64,000 bases of DNA, taken from positions 20,000-83,999 of the forward strand of contig JBBSQV010000001.1 in assembly GCA_038243675.1 (NCBI GenBank), in the 5' to 3' direction. Shown here piece by piece: positions 1 to 10,861 of this stretch; the first letter of the stretch is position 1, and the number at the start of each line of letters is the position of its first letter. The translations under genes and the position numbers were made by a program. This stretch comes from Flavobacteriales bacterium. GTDB lineage: Bacteria; Bacteroidota; Bacteroidia; Flavobacteriales; Flavobacteriaceae. Under the pieces are notes generated by a model. That model worked only from the letters and a program-made list of their open reading frames with translations, did no database searches and was not told the DNA's origin.

Positions 1-234
1 AAAATTAAAGAGGAATTAACAACAATTTTTAGAAATGTTTTTACAGACCCTAAACTAGAAATTAACGACGAGATGTCATCAAAAGATGTCGAGAATTGGG
101 ATTCTTTGGCGCATTTAATAATGCTTAATGAAGTAGAATCTCATTTTGATATTTCTTTTAAAATCAGGGAAATGGCGGGAATTCAGAGCGTTGGTGATTT
201 AATGAATGCTATTGAAGCTAAGTTAAAAAAATAA
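1..234 (+). CDS. Acyl carrier protein, 5'-truncated by the window edge
   Basis: Not in the ORF track. Frame 1 is open: KIKEELTTIFRNVFTDPKLEINDEMSSKDVENWDSLAHLIMLNEVESHFDISFKIREMAGIQSVGDLMNAIEAKLKK*. Contains the WDSL phosphopantetheine-site motif. Confidence 0.9.
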   Translation, partial: KIKEELTTIFRNVFTDPKLEINDEMSSKDVENWDSLAHLIMLNEVESHFDISFKIREMAGIQSVGDLMNAIEAKLKK

Positions 235-267
235 GGTAAAAGTCGATACATATATAAAAATTATCTA

Positions 268-1398
268 ATGGTTAAGTTTTTAGATCTTCAAAAAATAAAT
301 GCTCAGTATAAAGATGAGTTAATTGAAGCTGCAAGTAAAGTAATTGACTCAGGTTGGTACTTATTAGGAACTCAGGTACAAGAGTTTGAAAAGCAGTTGG
401 CAAATTATATAGGTGTTGCTAGTTGTATAGCAGTAGGAAACGGGTTGGATGCGTTACGATTAATTTTACGTGCTTATATGGAGCTTGGTTTGCTACAAGA
501 AGGTGATGAAGTAATTGTACCTGCAAATACATATATAGCAAGCTTACTAGCTATTTCTGATAACGGTTTGAAACCTATTTTGGTTGAACCCGATGAAAGT
601 TTTAATCTAGATATTTCTAAAATTGAAGCTGCAATAACAACACGTACCAAAGTAATTATGGTTGTCCACTTGTATGGACAAGTATGCTGGTCTGAAGCAT
701 TAGAAAAATTAGCAAAAAAGTACAATCTTAAAATTATTGAAGACAATGCGCAGGCGATTGGCGCCTCATGGAATGGTATAAAAACTGGTGCTTTAGGTGA
801 TGCGGCAGGATTTAGTTTTTATCCTGGGAAAAACTTAGGAGCACTAGGAGATTCTGGTGCAGTAACTACAAAAGATGCTAAACTAGCCGAGGTAATTAGA
901 GCCCTTGCAAATTATGGATCTTATGAAAAGTACCAAAATGTTTATCAAGGTCTAAATTCTAGAATGGATGAAATACAGGCAGCATTTTTAAGTGTAAAAC
1001 TTAAATATTTGGATTTAGAAAATCAACGTCGGAGAGAAATTGCTGAACGTTATGCTTCCGATATAATATGCCCACTTGTGCAATTGCCTATTTCGAGCAA
1101 TACATCTTACAAAATTTCAGAAAATAAAGAGCACGTTTGGCATCTATTTGTAATTAGAACTCAAAATCGAGATTTACTACAAAAGTATTTAGCAGAAAAT
1201 GATATTCAAACTTTAATTCATTATCCGATACCTCCCAATAAGCAGAAGGCTTATAAGATGATGAATCATATGGACTTTCCTTTAACAAACGCTATTCATC
1301 AAAAAGTATTGAGCTTACCTTTAAGTCCTGTAATGAGCGACGAGGAAGTCTCAATGGTTGTTGAAGTAATAAATCGATTTGACAAGCAAATAATTTAA
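268..1398 (+). CDS. DegT/DnrJ/EryC1/StrS PLP aminotransferase, FdtB/QdtB-like (probable C3 sugar aminotransferase)
   Basis: Motifs [25 protein letters not shown] (PLP lysine), [21 protein letters not shown]. Confidence 0.88.
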   Translation: MVKFLDLQKINAQYKDELIEAASKVIDSGWYLLGTQVQEFEKQLANYIGVASCIAVGNGLDALRLILRAYMELGLLQEGDEVIVPANTYIASLLAISDNGLKPILVEPDESFNLDISKIEAAITTRTKVIMVVHLYGQVCWSEALEKLAKKYNLKIIEDNAQAIGASWNGIKTGALGDAAGFSFYPGKNLGALGDSGAVTTKDAKLAEVIRALANYGSYEKYQNVYQGLNSRMDEIQAAFLSVKLKYLDLENQRRREIAERYASDIICPLVQLPISSNTSYKISENKEHVWHLFVIRTQNRDLLQKYLAENDIQTLIHYPIPPNKQKAYKMMNHMDFPLTNAIHQKVLSLPLSPVMSDEEVSMVVEVINRFDKQII

Positions 1399-1402
1399 AG
1401 GT

Positions 1403-2890
1403 TTGAGTTCACAACAAAGTTCATACCGGTCGATTTTTAAAGCAACTTCTATTTTTGGAGGTGTTCAACTAATAAATATAATTGTCACTATAATACGCGG
1501 TAAAGCCTTAGCGATTTTAATAGGTACTGCCGGAATGGGCTTAAACGGTCTGTTCATGTCAGGACTAAATATTATAAGGTCTTTAACATCTCTAGGAATT
1601 TCAGAGAGTGCTGTAAGGGATATTTCAATCTCGCACGCTTCTGGTGATCAAGAAAAAATTGTTACAACTTTCACTGTTTTTAAACGATGGATTTGGTTTA
1701 CTGCAATTCTTGGCGCTTTAGTGACGATTATCTTCTCAAATTTGCTCAGTGAAATCGCATTTGGGAATACTGATTATAGCTTTTCTTACATTCTATTATC
1801 AGTCACATTTATTTTTGGTGCTTTAGCTGCGGGTATAAATGCATATTTAAGAGGCACTAGACAAATAAAGTTTCTTGCACAATCGACTATTTATGGCTCT
1901 ATTGCAGGATTATTAGTAGCATTACCAATATTTTACTTTTATGGCATCGAAGGAGTAGTACCTGCGATAATAGCTACAGCATTCGCAACATTTATAATTT
2001 CTCTATATTTTAACTATAAGATAACGATTAAAACCGTTGAGATAAGTTGGACTGATACTTTTATAAAAGGGAAGCCAATGGTGGTATTGGGACTTAGCAT
2101 GTCATTAAGTGCCTTGTTAGCATCTGGAATCTCTTTCGTGCTTAGCACTTTTATTGTAAGAACTGGTTCTTTGAACGATTTAGGTCTATATAATGCAGGA
2201 TTAACTATTGTTTCAAGCTATGTCGGAATGGTGTTCACAGCGATGGGTATGGATTATTTCCCTAGACTTGCGGGAGTGATAGAAGATGAGATAAAATGGA
2301 AAGAGGTTGTAAATCAGCAGGCAGAACTTGTCTTAATCATTTTGAACATTGTCCTGGTCCTACTGGTGGCTACTGCGCCTATATTAATCAAAATTTTACT
2401 TAGTGCAGAGTTTTTAGGTGCACTCGATTTCATACTCTGGGCTGTGATAGCAATACCTTTAAGAGGATTGGTCTGGGTTGTAGGATTTATAGTTTTGGCA
2501 AAGGGTGATAACAAGCTTTATTTAAAAATTGAAACTCTCGGAGCATTAATAATTTTAGGACTTAATTTACTATTTTATAGTAAGTACGAAATGAAAGGTC
2601 TTGGAATTTCTATGATTATAAGCTACTTAGTATTTATATTTTTGATGTTGGCCGTAGTTAAATCAAAATATTCATTTCATTTTTCTAGAGAAGTTTATTC
2701 TCTACTATTGAAAGGAATGTTTGCGCTATTATTATGTATAATTTGCATCGAGTGGTTAGGATATCCTAATGCTTATTATGCACAATCTGTAATTGTTATA
2801 GGTACTTTAGGATATAATATTTACGAATTGAATAAGCGGATAAACTTAAAAAATCTAATTGAGTCATTAAAGAATAAAATTAAAAAATGA
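1403..2890 (+). CDS. wzx: O-antigen/polysaccharide flippase (MOP family)
   Basis: 495 aa, many hydrophobic segments, N-terminal SYRSIFKATSIFGGVQ, DYFPRL; TTG start; locus context. Confidence 0.88.
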   Translation: MSSQQSSYRSIFKATSIFGGVQLINIIVTIIRGKALAILIGTAGMGLNGLFMSGLNIIRSLTSLGISESAVRDISISHASGDQEKIVTTFTVFKRWIWFTAILGALVTIIFSNLLSEIAFGNTDYSFSYILLSVTFIFGALAAGINAYLRGTRQIKFLAQSTIYGSIAGLLVALPIFYFYGIEGVVPAIIATAFATFIISLYFNYKITIKTVEISWTDTFIKGKPMVVLGLSMSLSALLASGISFVLSTFIVRTGSLNDLGLYNAGLTIVSSYVGMVFTAMGMDYFPRLAGVIEDEIKWKEVVNQQAELVLIILNIVLVLLVATAPILIKILLSAEFLGALDFILWAVIAIPLRGLVWVVGFIVLAKGDNKLYLKIETLGALIILGLNLLFYSKYEMKGLGISMIISYLVFIFLMLAVVKSKYSFHFSREVYSLLLKGMFALLLCIICIEWLGYPNAYYAQSVIVIGTLGYNIYELNKRINLKNLIESLKNKIKK

Positions 2891-3855
2891 GTGAACTCGT
2901 AACAGTTGCAATAGCTACTTATAATTCTGCAAAATTTGTGGAGGAAACTCTGCAGAGTATATATGCGCAAACCTATCCCAACATTTCACTTATAGTGTCT
3001 GACGATTTTTCGCGAGATAATACTGTACAAATCGTAAATAATTGGTTAAGCTTAGAAAAAAACTATCAAAGATTTTTCAGCGTAGAAGTAATAACTGTAC
3101 CTGAAAATACGGGCGTATCTTCCAACCTTAATCGCTGTTTGAAAGCGACCCCTTCAAACTGGCTAAAATACATCGGAGGAGATGATATTTTATTGCCAAA
3201 TTGTATAGAGGATAATATGTCCTTTATAAGCAAAAATCCAGAAGCAAAAATTATATTTAGTCAGGTAAAAGTATATCAAGATAGTTTTCTATCAAAAAAC
3301 TATGTCCATACAATCCCAGAAGAATATCCCGATAACATTATGCAATCAGATTTGACAGCAAATGATCAGTATAATCTATTGCTGCTTTCTGACAGAATTA
3401 CATTTACGCCCTCCTCTTTTATCGACAAACGAATTCAAATTAATGTTGGTGGCTTCAATGAAAATAATCGTTTGGTAGAAGATTATCCAATGTGGTTACT
3501 ATTAACGAAGTCTGGAGAGAAATTATTTTATTTTCAAAAAGAAACGGTTGGCTATAGAATACACAAAAACGCTTTAAACAATACTGGAGAGAATGTATTA
3601 TTTAAACCTTCAGCGTTAAATTCTCATCCCATAAGAAAACAATATGCACATCCATTTTTACCTTGGGAAAGAGTAATGTCAGAGCAGCACGTGTTCGCGG
3701 TATCTGTAGTTTTTCAAAAACTAGGTTGGAACAAAAGCACCTATGTATATAACAAGTTGTATAGATTATTTTCATTGCATTTAAATCCGTTTGAATATAT
3801 TCTTGCTGTAAAAAAAAGGTTACCTAAGAACAGACATAATATATTTTATAAATAA
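2887..3855 (+). CDS. GT2 glycosyltransferase
   Basis: VTVAIATYNS, SDDFSRD, GGDD, EDYPMW motifs; ATGA overlap with wzx. Confidence 0.9.
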   Translation: MSELVTVAIATYNSAKFVEETLQSIYAQTYPNISLIVSDDFSRDNTVQIVNNWLSLEKNYQRFFSVEVITVPENTGVSSNLNRCLKATPSNWLKYIGGDDILLPNCIEDNMSFISKNPEAKIIFSQVKVYQDSFLSKNYVHTIPEEYPDNIMQSDLTANDQYNLLLLSDRITFTPSSFIDKRIQINVGGFNENNRLVEDYPMWLLLTKSGEKLFYFQKETVGYRIHKNALNNTGENVLFKPSALNSHPIRKQYAHPFLPWERVMSEQHVFAVSVVFQKLGWNKSTYVYNKLYRLFSLHLNPFEYILAVKKRLPKNRHNIFYK

Positions 3856-4866
3856 ATGATACATTTAAGTATAATCGTTCCTATGTTCAATGTAGCGCCA
3901 TATGTTGAACGCTGTTTAAAAAGCTTGGCTAATCAAGACATCTCTACCAACGATTATGAAATAATATGCATTGACGATGGTTCGCCAGACAACTGCGCTG
4001 AAATTGTTAGGCAGCTGCAAAAGGAAATTCCAAACATAGTCTTAATACAGCAAGAAAATCAAGGCGTTTCCATGGCGCGTAATAATGGTATTGCCATCGC
4101 AAGAGGATATTATATGATGCCAATTGATCCAGATGACTTTATAGTTCCAAATTGCCTTAAAGCAGTATTAAATCAAGCAGACGAAAACAAGCTAGATGTG
4201 CTTTATTGCGCTTTTGAAATTTTTGATGTAAATCACACTTCAATATGGAAAACCAACTACAAGGATTTAGAAAACACTATAAATGATGGTGTAGAGGGGT
4301 ATTTTGCAGTAAGAGGAGATAAAGTTGTGGATCCAGACCGATCAGTAGCGATGTTGTTCAGAATGGATTTATTAAAAACATATAATCTGCAATATCCAAA
4401 GGACGTACCTTATCTTGAAGATGGTCTATTTATAGGGAAAGTATTTGCTGTGGCAAAAAAAGTGAGTTATTCAAATAACACTTTTTATCAGCGGACCACA
4501 AGAATGGGAAGTGCAACAAATTCAAATTTGTTTCAAACTGAAAAGGCCATAAATGGATTTATAAAATCTGCCTTAGATGTAAAGGATTTTGCTAGCAAGA
4601 ACAGCCTATGCGATTTACAAAAAGGATTAATTAATCACCTTATTGCGAAATTTGTTTTATTGAGTGTTTCACCGAGTGTCTCAAAATCTAATTTTAAGGA
4701 TTATCACGATGTGAATAAAAAGTTAGAAAGTCATAAACTTGACAAACTAAATACTAACGGGCTGAGAATGGATTTTAAGAATTTGGCTCCTGTTTTTAAT
4801 TTCAGCACTATAGTCTTTTTTGGTTACTTCCGAATTTATAATAGAATTAAATTTAGTTTAAAATAA
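3856..4866 (+). CDS. GT2 glycosyltransferase
   Basis: SIIVPMFN, DDGSPD, NQGVSMARNNG, IDPDD. Confidence 0.9.
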   Translation: MIHLSIIVPMFNVAPYVERCLKSLANQDISTNDYEIICIDDGSPDNCAEIVRQLQKEIPNIVLIQQENQGVSMARNNGIAIARGYYMMPIDPDDFIVPNCLKAVLNQADENKLDVLYCAFEIFDVNHTSIWKTNYKDLENTINDGVEGYFAVRGDKVVDPDRSVAMLFRMDLLKTYNLQYPKDVPYLEDGLFIGKVFAVAKKVSYSNNTFYQRTTRMGSATNSNLFQTEKAINGFIKSALDVKDFASKNSLCDLQKGLINHLIAKFVLLSVSPSVSKSNFKDYHDVNKKLESHKLDKLNTNGLRMDFKNLAPVFNFSTIVFFGYFRIYNRIKFSLK

Positions 4867-5137
4867 AATAATTTACTGCACTGCAACTGTTGAGGAGAAT
4901 AGCTCAACTGACTGATTGTGATATATTTGCGGGCAACTTATATATTCGTATAATCTGGAGATTAAGTTTATAGTTACTGGGATTATGTATTTGTATCATC
5001 ATTTTTTTTTGTTTGCTTATGCAAGTTTTTAAAAATTTAGAAATAATTGGCACGGTTCTCACTAAGCATCGTTTAACATTCACATTTTAGATGATAATAG
5101 TATTTAGTTTTAAGAGTAGGCAAACTTCACGAAAATT

Positions 5138-6187
5138 TTGATAGAAGACGATATTAAAATAAGCATTATTATTCCTATGTATAATGTAGCAGATCATTTG
5201 ACTCGCTGTTTGAAAAGTTTGTCAGATCAGAATGTTTCAACCAATGAGTTTGAAATTATCTGTATTAATGATGGATCGCCTGATAATTGTTCAAATATTG
5301 TTCGGGATTTGCAAAAAGAAATTCCAAATATAATTTTGTTAGAGCAGGAAAACCAAGGTGTTTCAATGGCTAGAAATAACGGAATAGCAATGGCTAAGGG
5401 TAAATACATACTGCCAATAGACCCAGATGATTATATATACGAAAATGTTTTCGCAGATATTTTTGAATTTTTATCTACAACAGACTATGATGCTATTTTT
5501 CTGGATTATGAAAAGTATGATAAAACCAACAAAGTAATTTGGAAAACAGATTATAGCGCTTTAGCTCAGAAAAAATTCACAGATTTAAAATATTTTCACA
5601 GAAGCAAAGGCGAGAATAACATTTGGTCTGACCCTGATAGATCATGGGCAATTCTTTATAAGAAAACAGTAATTGTAAAATATTCTGTAATGTATCCTGA
5701 AAAAGTTCCATTTTTGGAAGACGCTATTTTTTTGGCAAAGTTTTTTAGCGTTGCAACAACTTATTCTTTTTTAGAGAATGATTTCTATAGAAGAACTACG
5801 CGACAAGGCTCTGCAACTAATTCAAATTTAATTAATAGAGAAATTTCAACTGTTGGATTTCGCAATGGGCTGAATGATTTAAGAGATTTCTTTCACACTT
5901 GGAAGGGTTCAATTTTGAAAAAAGACAGAATTTCCTACTTAAAACAAACGTATATTCAGTTTAGGTCATTACCCTTGATCGCATCTGTTAACATTAAGCA
6001 TCTGCCTTCGATAATAAATCGTATAAGAGAAGACAGGCAAGTGAAAAAAATTTATATTCGCGGCTCAGTAAGGTATCCATTCAACGTCTATGCTGTATCT
6101 ATGTCCCTAAGTCCTTATGTTCTTCTTTTCAATTATATAATAATATCTAGAATAACATTTTTGATTCAAAAAAATAATAAAATATAA
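5138..6187 (+). CDS. GT2 glycosyltransferase, paralog of 3856-4866
   Basis: SIIIPMYN, NDGSPD, NQGVSMARNNG, IDPDD; shares DPDRS and RTTRxGSATNSNL with the upstream gene; TTG start. Confidence 0.9.
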   Translation: MIEDDIKISIIIPMYNVADHLTRCLKSLSDQNVSTNEFEIICINDGSPDNCSNIVRDLQKEIPNIILLEQENQGVSMARNNGIAMAKGKYILPIDPDDYIYENVFADIFEFLSTTDYDAIFLDYEKYDKTNKVIWKTDYSALAQKKFTDLKYFHRSKGENNIWSDPDRSWAILYKKTVIVKYSVMYPEKVPFLEDAIFLAKFFSVATTYSFLENDFYRRTTRQGSATNSNLINREISTVGFRNGLNDLRDFFHTWKGSILKKDRISYLKQTYIQFRSLPLIASVNIKHLPSIINRIREDRQVKKIYIRGSVRYPFNVYAVSMSLSPYVLLFNYIIISRITFLIQKNNKI

Positions 6188-6189
6188 CT

Positions 6190-8184
6190 ATGTGTGGTAT
6201 TAGTGGAATAATTTCAATTAAGAATAATCCAATTGTTGAAGATTTGGTTAAAATGAATAAAATTATTAATCATAGGGGTCCTGATGATGAGGGTTATGTT
6301 TTATTTAATAAAGAAAAAGTAGTTATTGCTGGTGGTGATGATACAGCCGAGTCCTCTTGGCAAGAAGAAGGTCCTTATTTACCTAAAGTAAATATTAACG
6401 GTATAAAATTTAGCGATGCTGCGGTTGCGTTTGGGCACAGACGACTATCTATATTGGACTTATCTCCTAAAGGACATCAGCCAATGTCTGACATAGATGA
6501 AAGATACTGGATTACATTTAATGGAGAAATTTACAATTATATTGAACTTAGGGAACAATTGATTGGTTTAGGACACCATTTTAATACAAGTACAGATACA
6601 GAAGTCATTATTGAAGCTTACAAAGAGTGGGGAGTAGAGTGCCAAAACTTCTTTAACGGAATGTGGTCTTTTGCAATTTATGATTCAGTAGAGAAAAATT
6701 TGTTTTTTTCTAGAGATAGATTTGGTATTAAGCCTTTTTATTACTGGCTTTCGCCAAAAGGCGATTTGCATTTTGCAAGCGAGATTAAGCAATTTACTAC
6801 GGTTGAAGGCTGGAAAGCTATTTTAAATGGGAATCGAGCTTATGATTATCTCTACTACTCTTTGACGGATCATACCGATGAAACGATGTTTAAAGGAGTA
6901 CATATTTTATTACCAGGGAATCATTTTTCTGTTAACGTTGAAGATTTATTAACTAGAATAGGCAGAGGCAAATTAGTCACCACGCAGTGGTATAATCCTA
7001 AAATAGTTCCATTCAAGGGTACTTTTGTGGAAGCAAAAGAAAAATGGTTAAATAAATTTAAAGAAGCGATACAGTTACATTTAAGAGCAGATGTTCCTAT
7101 TGGTAGCGCATTGTCAGGAGGACTGGATTCTTCGTCGATTGTATCATATATCAACATTTTATTGCGAGAGCAGGGCAAATCAGATCTTCAAAAGACATTT
7201 TCATCTTGTGCTGAAGACCCTCGATTTGACGAGCGTAAATGGATGGAGGAAGTCGTAAAAGACACAAAAGTAGATGGGCACTATATTTATCCACAAGGGA
7301 AAGATGTTTTTAATTTGACAGAAAAATTGGTGTATAATATGGATGAGCCATACCAATCACAGTCAGCGTTTTTGGGTTATCATGTTTTTAAAGAAGCTCG
7401 AAAAAACAATGTTGTTGTTTTGCTAAATGGGCAAGGAGCCGATGAGTATCTTTCAGGTTATTCAGATTTTAGAACGTTGCGATATAATAGACTTATAAGA
7501 CAAGGTAAATTGATGACATTATTTAAAGAAATAAAATCTGTAAAGACTTTTTTAAGAATTTTCACTTCTTTTACCTATGGCAAGATACCGATGCAGTTAA
7601 AATTTCGAATGGCAAAAAATAAGAAAGAGAAATTAGATGATATCGTAGATATATCAAAAGTCATAAAAAAGAAAGTGCATCCCTACGAGTTGGTTCGATA
7701 TGTAAAGAAAAGTACCTTAGCAATTTCTAGGTATCAATTATTGAGAGATCCTCTGCAAAGATATTTGCGCTGGGAGGATAGAAATTCGATGGCCCACTCG
7801 GTCGAAGCAAGGGTCCCATTTTTAGATTATCGTTTAGTAGAACTGACCCAAAGTTTTCCTCTAGATTATTTAGACGGACCCAATATGACCAAGCGAATAT
7901 TAGTGGAATCGATGGAAGGCATCTTGAATGAGAAAGTTCGTCAACGAAAGGATAAGATGGGATTTAGTACTCCTGAGCAAAATTGGTTAATGACCGAATA
8001 TAGAGAAGAATATATCGAAATGCTGCGAAAATACCTACCCTATGCAAAAGGAATTATTAGAGTTGATCAAGCAGAGCAATTTTACAAAGATATGCAGGAC
8101 GGAAAAATTCCTTTTGAGCACTCTTATTGGCGAATAATGCAATTTTGTGTTTGGATGAAAGTATATAATGTAGAATTAGAATAA
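6190..8184 (+). CDS. asnB: AsnB-family glutamine amidotransferase, probably glycan amidation
   Basis: N-terminal MCG (Ntn Cys), HRGPDDEG, HRRLSILD, FNGEIYNY, RDRFGIKP, SGGLDSS, GQGADE, EARVPFLD. Confidence 0.92.
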   Translation: MCGISGIISIKNNPIVEDLVKMNKIINHRGPDDEGYVLFNKEKVVIAGGDDTAESSWQEEGPYLPKVNINGIKFSDAAVAFGHRRLSILDLSPKGHQPMSDIDERYWITFNGEIYNYIELREQLIGLGHHFNTSTDTEVIIEAYKEWGVECQNFFNGMWSFAIYDSVEKNLFFSRDRFGIKPFYYWLSPKGDLHFASEIKQFTTVEGWKAILNGNRAYDYLYYSLTDHTDETMFKGVHILLPGNHFSVNVEDLLTRIGRGKLVTTQWYNPKIVPFKGTFVEAKEKWLNKFKEAIQLHLRADVPIGSALSGGLDSSSIVSYINILLREQGKSDLQKTFSSCAEDPRFDERKWMEEVVKDTKVDGHYIYPQGKDVFNLTEKLVYNMDEPYQSQSAFLGYHVFKEARKNNVVVLLNGQGADEYLSGYSDFRTLRYNRLIRQGKLMTLFKEIKSVKTFLRIFTSFTYGKIPMQLKFRMAKNKKEKLDDIVDISKVIKKKVHPYELVRYVKKSTLAISRYQLLRDPLQRYLRWEDRNSMAHSVEARVPFLDYRLVELTQSFPLDYLDGPNMTKRILVESMEGILNEKVRQRKDKMGFSTPEQNWLMTEYREEYIEMLRKYLPYAKGIIRVDQAEQFYKDMQDGKIPFEHSYWRIMQFCVWMKVYNVELE

Positions 8185-8287
8185 GGTATTTTGCGAAAAT
8201 TAAATTTTAAATGAGTAGATTTTTCACCCACGTAGAAGTCACCATTTGTAAGTAAATCACTATAGAATATCTTAAAAATATTAAAGA

Positions 8288-9394
8288 ATGTCCAGTAAGA
8301 AAATATTGATTGTTTCTAATGCTTTTTATCCTGAAAATTCTCCAAGGTCAATCAGAACTACTGAATTAGCAAAAGAGCTTACAATTCAAGGCAACCTTGT
8401 TACTCTAATTTCGCACCCCAACCCTGGTGTAGCAGAGCATTGTGAGCAAAATGGAATTTTGTTTAAGTCGATGGGATCTGTTACATATCCAGTGCCTAAG
8501 GTAAAAGGAAAAGGAATTGTTCGTCTTTTTTGGCGTACAATAACTCGTTTTAGTTCATTATTGTTTGAATATCCGAATATTCAATTAATATTTTTAGTAA
8601 AAAAGGCGCTTCAAAATGAAAAAGGGTACGATGGACTTATTTCTGTTGCAGTTCCTCATCCTATACATTGGGGTGTAGCAAGAATTTGGACAAAAAAGAT
8701 TGCAAAAGTTTGGATTGCAGACTGTGGAGATCCTTACGTTGGTAATGTGAACGATACTTTTAAAAAGCCGTTTTATTTTAAATATATCGAAGATTGGACT
8801 TTTAATAAGGTAGATTATATCACTGTCCCTTTTGAAGGAGCAAGACAAGGATATAGCGAAAAGATTCAACATAAAATAAAAATAATCCCTCAAGGCTTGA
8901 GCTTTCCAGTATTACAAAAGAGTATAAATATTGATGAAGATGATTCTACAGTAAAGTTTGCCTATTCAGGTAATATTGGTAGTTACCAAAAACTTCTAAA
9001 AATTTTCTCTGAACAGCTAGATCAAATTGAACTAGATTATAAATTTTTTATTTTTACCAAAGAAAGACACGTCTGGTTAAATGCGCTTTCCGAGAAAACT
9101 TTGCAGAAATGTGTTATCAGCGATTATTTAGAGCGAAAAGAATTATTGACAGAGCTGTTGAAAGTGGATTTTCTTTTGCACTTTCCTTACGAGGTTGACT
9201 TACAAAAATCATTAAAATTGGTGGATTATACCTATATCAAAAAACCTATTTTAAGCTACAAAGCTGCTAATGCAAACTCTGAAAGGCTTTTTAATTTTTT
9301 ACAAAAGAACTTTGATCATGAAAGTCAAGATATAAATATCGAGGAATATCGAATAGAAAACGTGACGAAAAAGTTTCTTGAATTAATCCCTTAA
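8288..9394 (+). CDS. GT-B fold glycosyltransferase-like protein
   Basis: FYPENSPRSIRTTELAKEL, WIADCGDP, YSGNIG and KLVDY resemble GT4-like proteins of Bacteroidota glycan loci. Confidence 0.65.
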   Translation: MSSKKILIVSNAFYPENSPRSIRTTELAKELTIQGNLVTLISHPNPGVAEHCEQNGILFKSMGSVTYPVPKVKGKGIVRLFWRTITRFSSLLFEYPNIQLIFLVKKALQNEKGYDGLISVAVPHPIHWGVARIWTKKIAKVWIADCGDPYVGNVNDTFKKPFYFKYIEDWTFNKVDYITVPFEGARQGYSEKIQHKIKIIPQGLSFPVLQKSINIDEDDSTVKFAYSGNIGSYQKLLKIFSEQLDQIELDYKFFIFTKERHVWLNALSEKTLQKCVISDYLERKELLTELLKVDFLLHFPYEVDLQKSLKLVDYTYIKKPILSYKAANANSERLFNFLQKNFDHESQDINIEEYRIENVTKKFLELIP

Positions 9395-9676
9395 TAACCA
9401 GTACTAATCAGACTTCTTACGATGATTTTTTTTTGTAGGATGGCACATTTGTTTTGTTATACACGTATCAGCAAAATTTCTTTTCATAGTAATTATTATA
9501 ATTTGGACAAGTATTGTAAATCATTGACATACTGCATAGTGACAAAAATACAAGTTTTTGTACATTCAAATTTTCATAATTTGTAGACTGCGATAGAGTA
9601 AAAGTTAAAATAAATGCAATATATACCGCGAAATTTCTCAACGAATTTTGGCTAAAAAACATTTAAGTATAATCGT

Positions 9677-10612
9677 ATGAATTTAGTAGAAGGAAAAGTT
9701 AGAATACTCCTGCATAACATTATAAAATTATCGAAATATAGACCGTGGGGAGAGCCGGTGAAGCCAAAGGTGGTTTACATTATGGACGGATCTAATTATA
9801 TGGGAGGATTGGCGGACAGGATTCGGCAAATTATGGGCGTTTATGCAGTTTGCAAGCACAAAGGATACGAATTTAGATTAGTCGCAAACGCACCTTTTGA
9901 GTTATGGAATTATTTAAAACCAAATTATGACTGGCGCATTGAAGAAGATGAAATTTCTAGAAATATATTTTTTTCAAAACCCATTTATCTCGGATACCGT
10001 TCTAAAGAAAAGTATATGTCTTTAATAACACTCGAAAAGAGACAGCTACATCTTTTTGCTAGCGTGCAGTGGGAGTTTATTACTGATCTTGGTTTTTCTA
10101 TGAAGCAACTTTTCTGGGAGCTTTTTACCCCAGCACCACAGATTAAAGATTTTATAGCACAAAGTAGAACGATTTATAAATCTTGGGACAGCATGGTGTT
10201 TCGATTTCAGGATTTACTGGAAGATTTTAACGAGGCTCACAGCGCGCAGTATTTAAAAATTAAACTTTCAGAAGTAGAGAAAGAGGAACTTATTAATAAA
10301 TGTTACAATTATGTATTGGAGCAACAGAAGATTGCAAAGCAACATATTTTGGTATGTTCTGATTCGACAAAATTTTTAAAAAGAGTAGAGTCAATCCCAG
10401 GTGTCTTTATTATCCCAGGTGAGCTTACCCACATGGAATTTTCAGCAGTAGATAATTTTGAACTGCACTTGAAAAGTTTTTTAGATTTATTTATGATATC
10501 AGAGAGCAATTCTGTGCGGAGCGTGGGAACTGATATTATGTACCCGTCAGATTTCCCTGTGCTTGCGGCAAACATTAATAATGTGCCATTTGAACGAATT
10601 AGACTCAAGTAA
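9677..10612 (+). CDS. Putative fucosyltransferase-superfamily (NodZ/O-FucT-like) glycosyltransferase
   Basis: GGLADRI N-terminal motif; FRFQD, LVCSDS and FLDLFMISES align loosely with fucosyltransferase motifs I-III. Confidence 0.45.
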   Translation: MNLVEGKVRILLHNIIKLSKYRPWGEPVKPKVVYIMDGSNYMGGLADRIRQIMGVYAVCKHKGYEFRLVANAPFELWNYLKPNYDWRIEEDEISRNIFFSKPIYLGYRSKEKYMSLITLEKRQLHLFASVQWEFITDLGFSMKQLFWELFTPAPQIKDFIAQSRTIYKSWDSMVFRFQDLLEDFNEAHSAQYLKIKLSEVEKEELINKCYNYVLEQQKIAKQHILVCSDSTKFLKRVESIPGVFIIPGELTHMEFSAVDNFELHLKSFLDLFMISESNSVRSVGTDIMYPSDFPVLAANINNVPFERIRLK

Positions 10613-10861
10613 ATTATAGTTTTGTATTTCGCTGATTAATTTCATTTTACTGAAAATAATATTGAGCTTAAAACTAAATTTTTTCAAATCCACGGCCAAG
10701 TCGAACTTGGTTCATATTAAAAAAATCGCATATTATCGTATTGTTATTTGGAAATATTAATATCAATAATTTACAAAGAGGTTCCTTAAGCGTAATTACA
10801 AATCAGGTCTATAAATCCGCTGCATTAATGCAGTTGCAAATGTTTATTAAAATATATTCGA

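Noticed and set aside
10820-10833. Perfect 14-bp palindrome CTGCATTAATGCAG upstream of the EpsG-like gene
   Set aside because: Single occurrence with no cognate regulator in view; cannot be distinguished from chance.
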